From assembly GCA_052327205.1 (NCBI GenBank), contig CM126225.1, positions 45,880,001 to 45,944,000 on the forward strand: DNA of 64,000 bases, given 5' to 3'. Each line of letters starts with the position of its first letter. The first letter of the stretch is position 1. Below, one piece after another: positions 63,903-64,000 of this stretch. This DNA comes from Somniosus microcephalus (lineage: Eukaryota). A program made the translations under genes and the position numbers. The notes below the pieces were generated by a model. That model was not told where the DNA came from, did not search any database, and saw only the letters and a program-made list of their open reading frames with translations.

Positions 63903-64000
63903 AATGGCAGGGGGTTGGGAACGTGTGCAAGGAGACAGCGGAAAGGGAAGCAAGGATAGAAACAAAAGACAGGAAAGAGAAAAGCAAAAGTGGAAGGCAG

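Larger units (their letters stand above)
61891..64000 (+). mobile_element. 5' part of a CR1 LINE (5' UTR, ORF1, inter-ORF region); continues past the right edge
   Basis: ORF1 domains typical of CR1. Confidence 0.88.

Overview
Eukaryotic, repeat-rich genomic DNA, most likely a shark or other elasmobranch (HE1 V-SINE, SacSINE1/DeuSINE-type SINEs, many CR1 and L2 LINE fragments). I can support only one host protein-coding gene: a divergent class I ADP-ribosylation factor on the minus strand. It has a non-coding exon 1 in a CpG-island promoter at ~57.4 kb, coding exons 49606-49750, 45221-45331, 43872-43996 and 40439-40600 (180 aa), and a probable ~3.6 kb 3'UTR. The left edge holds a Gypsy LTR retrotransposon with an apparently uninterrupted gag-pol frame (absent from the ORF track). 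It has a YLDN RT motif and no tRNA primer-binding site; instead, a perfect 17-nt match to its own LTR suggests self-priming. Just upstream of the ARF promoter is an array of three Tx1-clade retrotransposon 3' fragments with the same 5' junction, different 3' ends, 13-bp spacers and a 97-bp flanking duplication. The right edge holds the 5' end of a CR1 element with nine 90-bp monomers and an esterase-type ORF1. The remainder is nested SINEs, LINEs, a Penelope fragment and MITEs. All family names come from manual motif recognition, not database searches, and repeat boundaries without a stated TSD are approximate.
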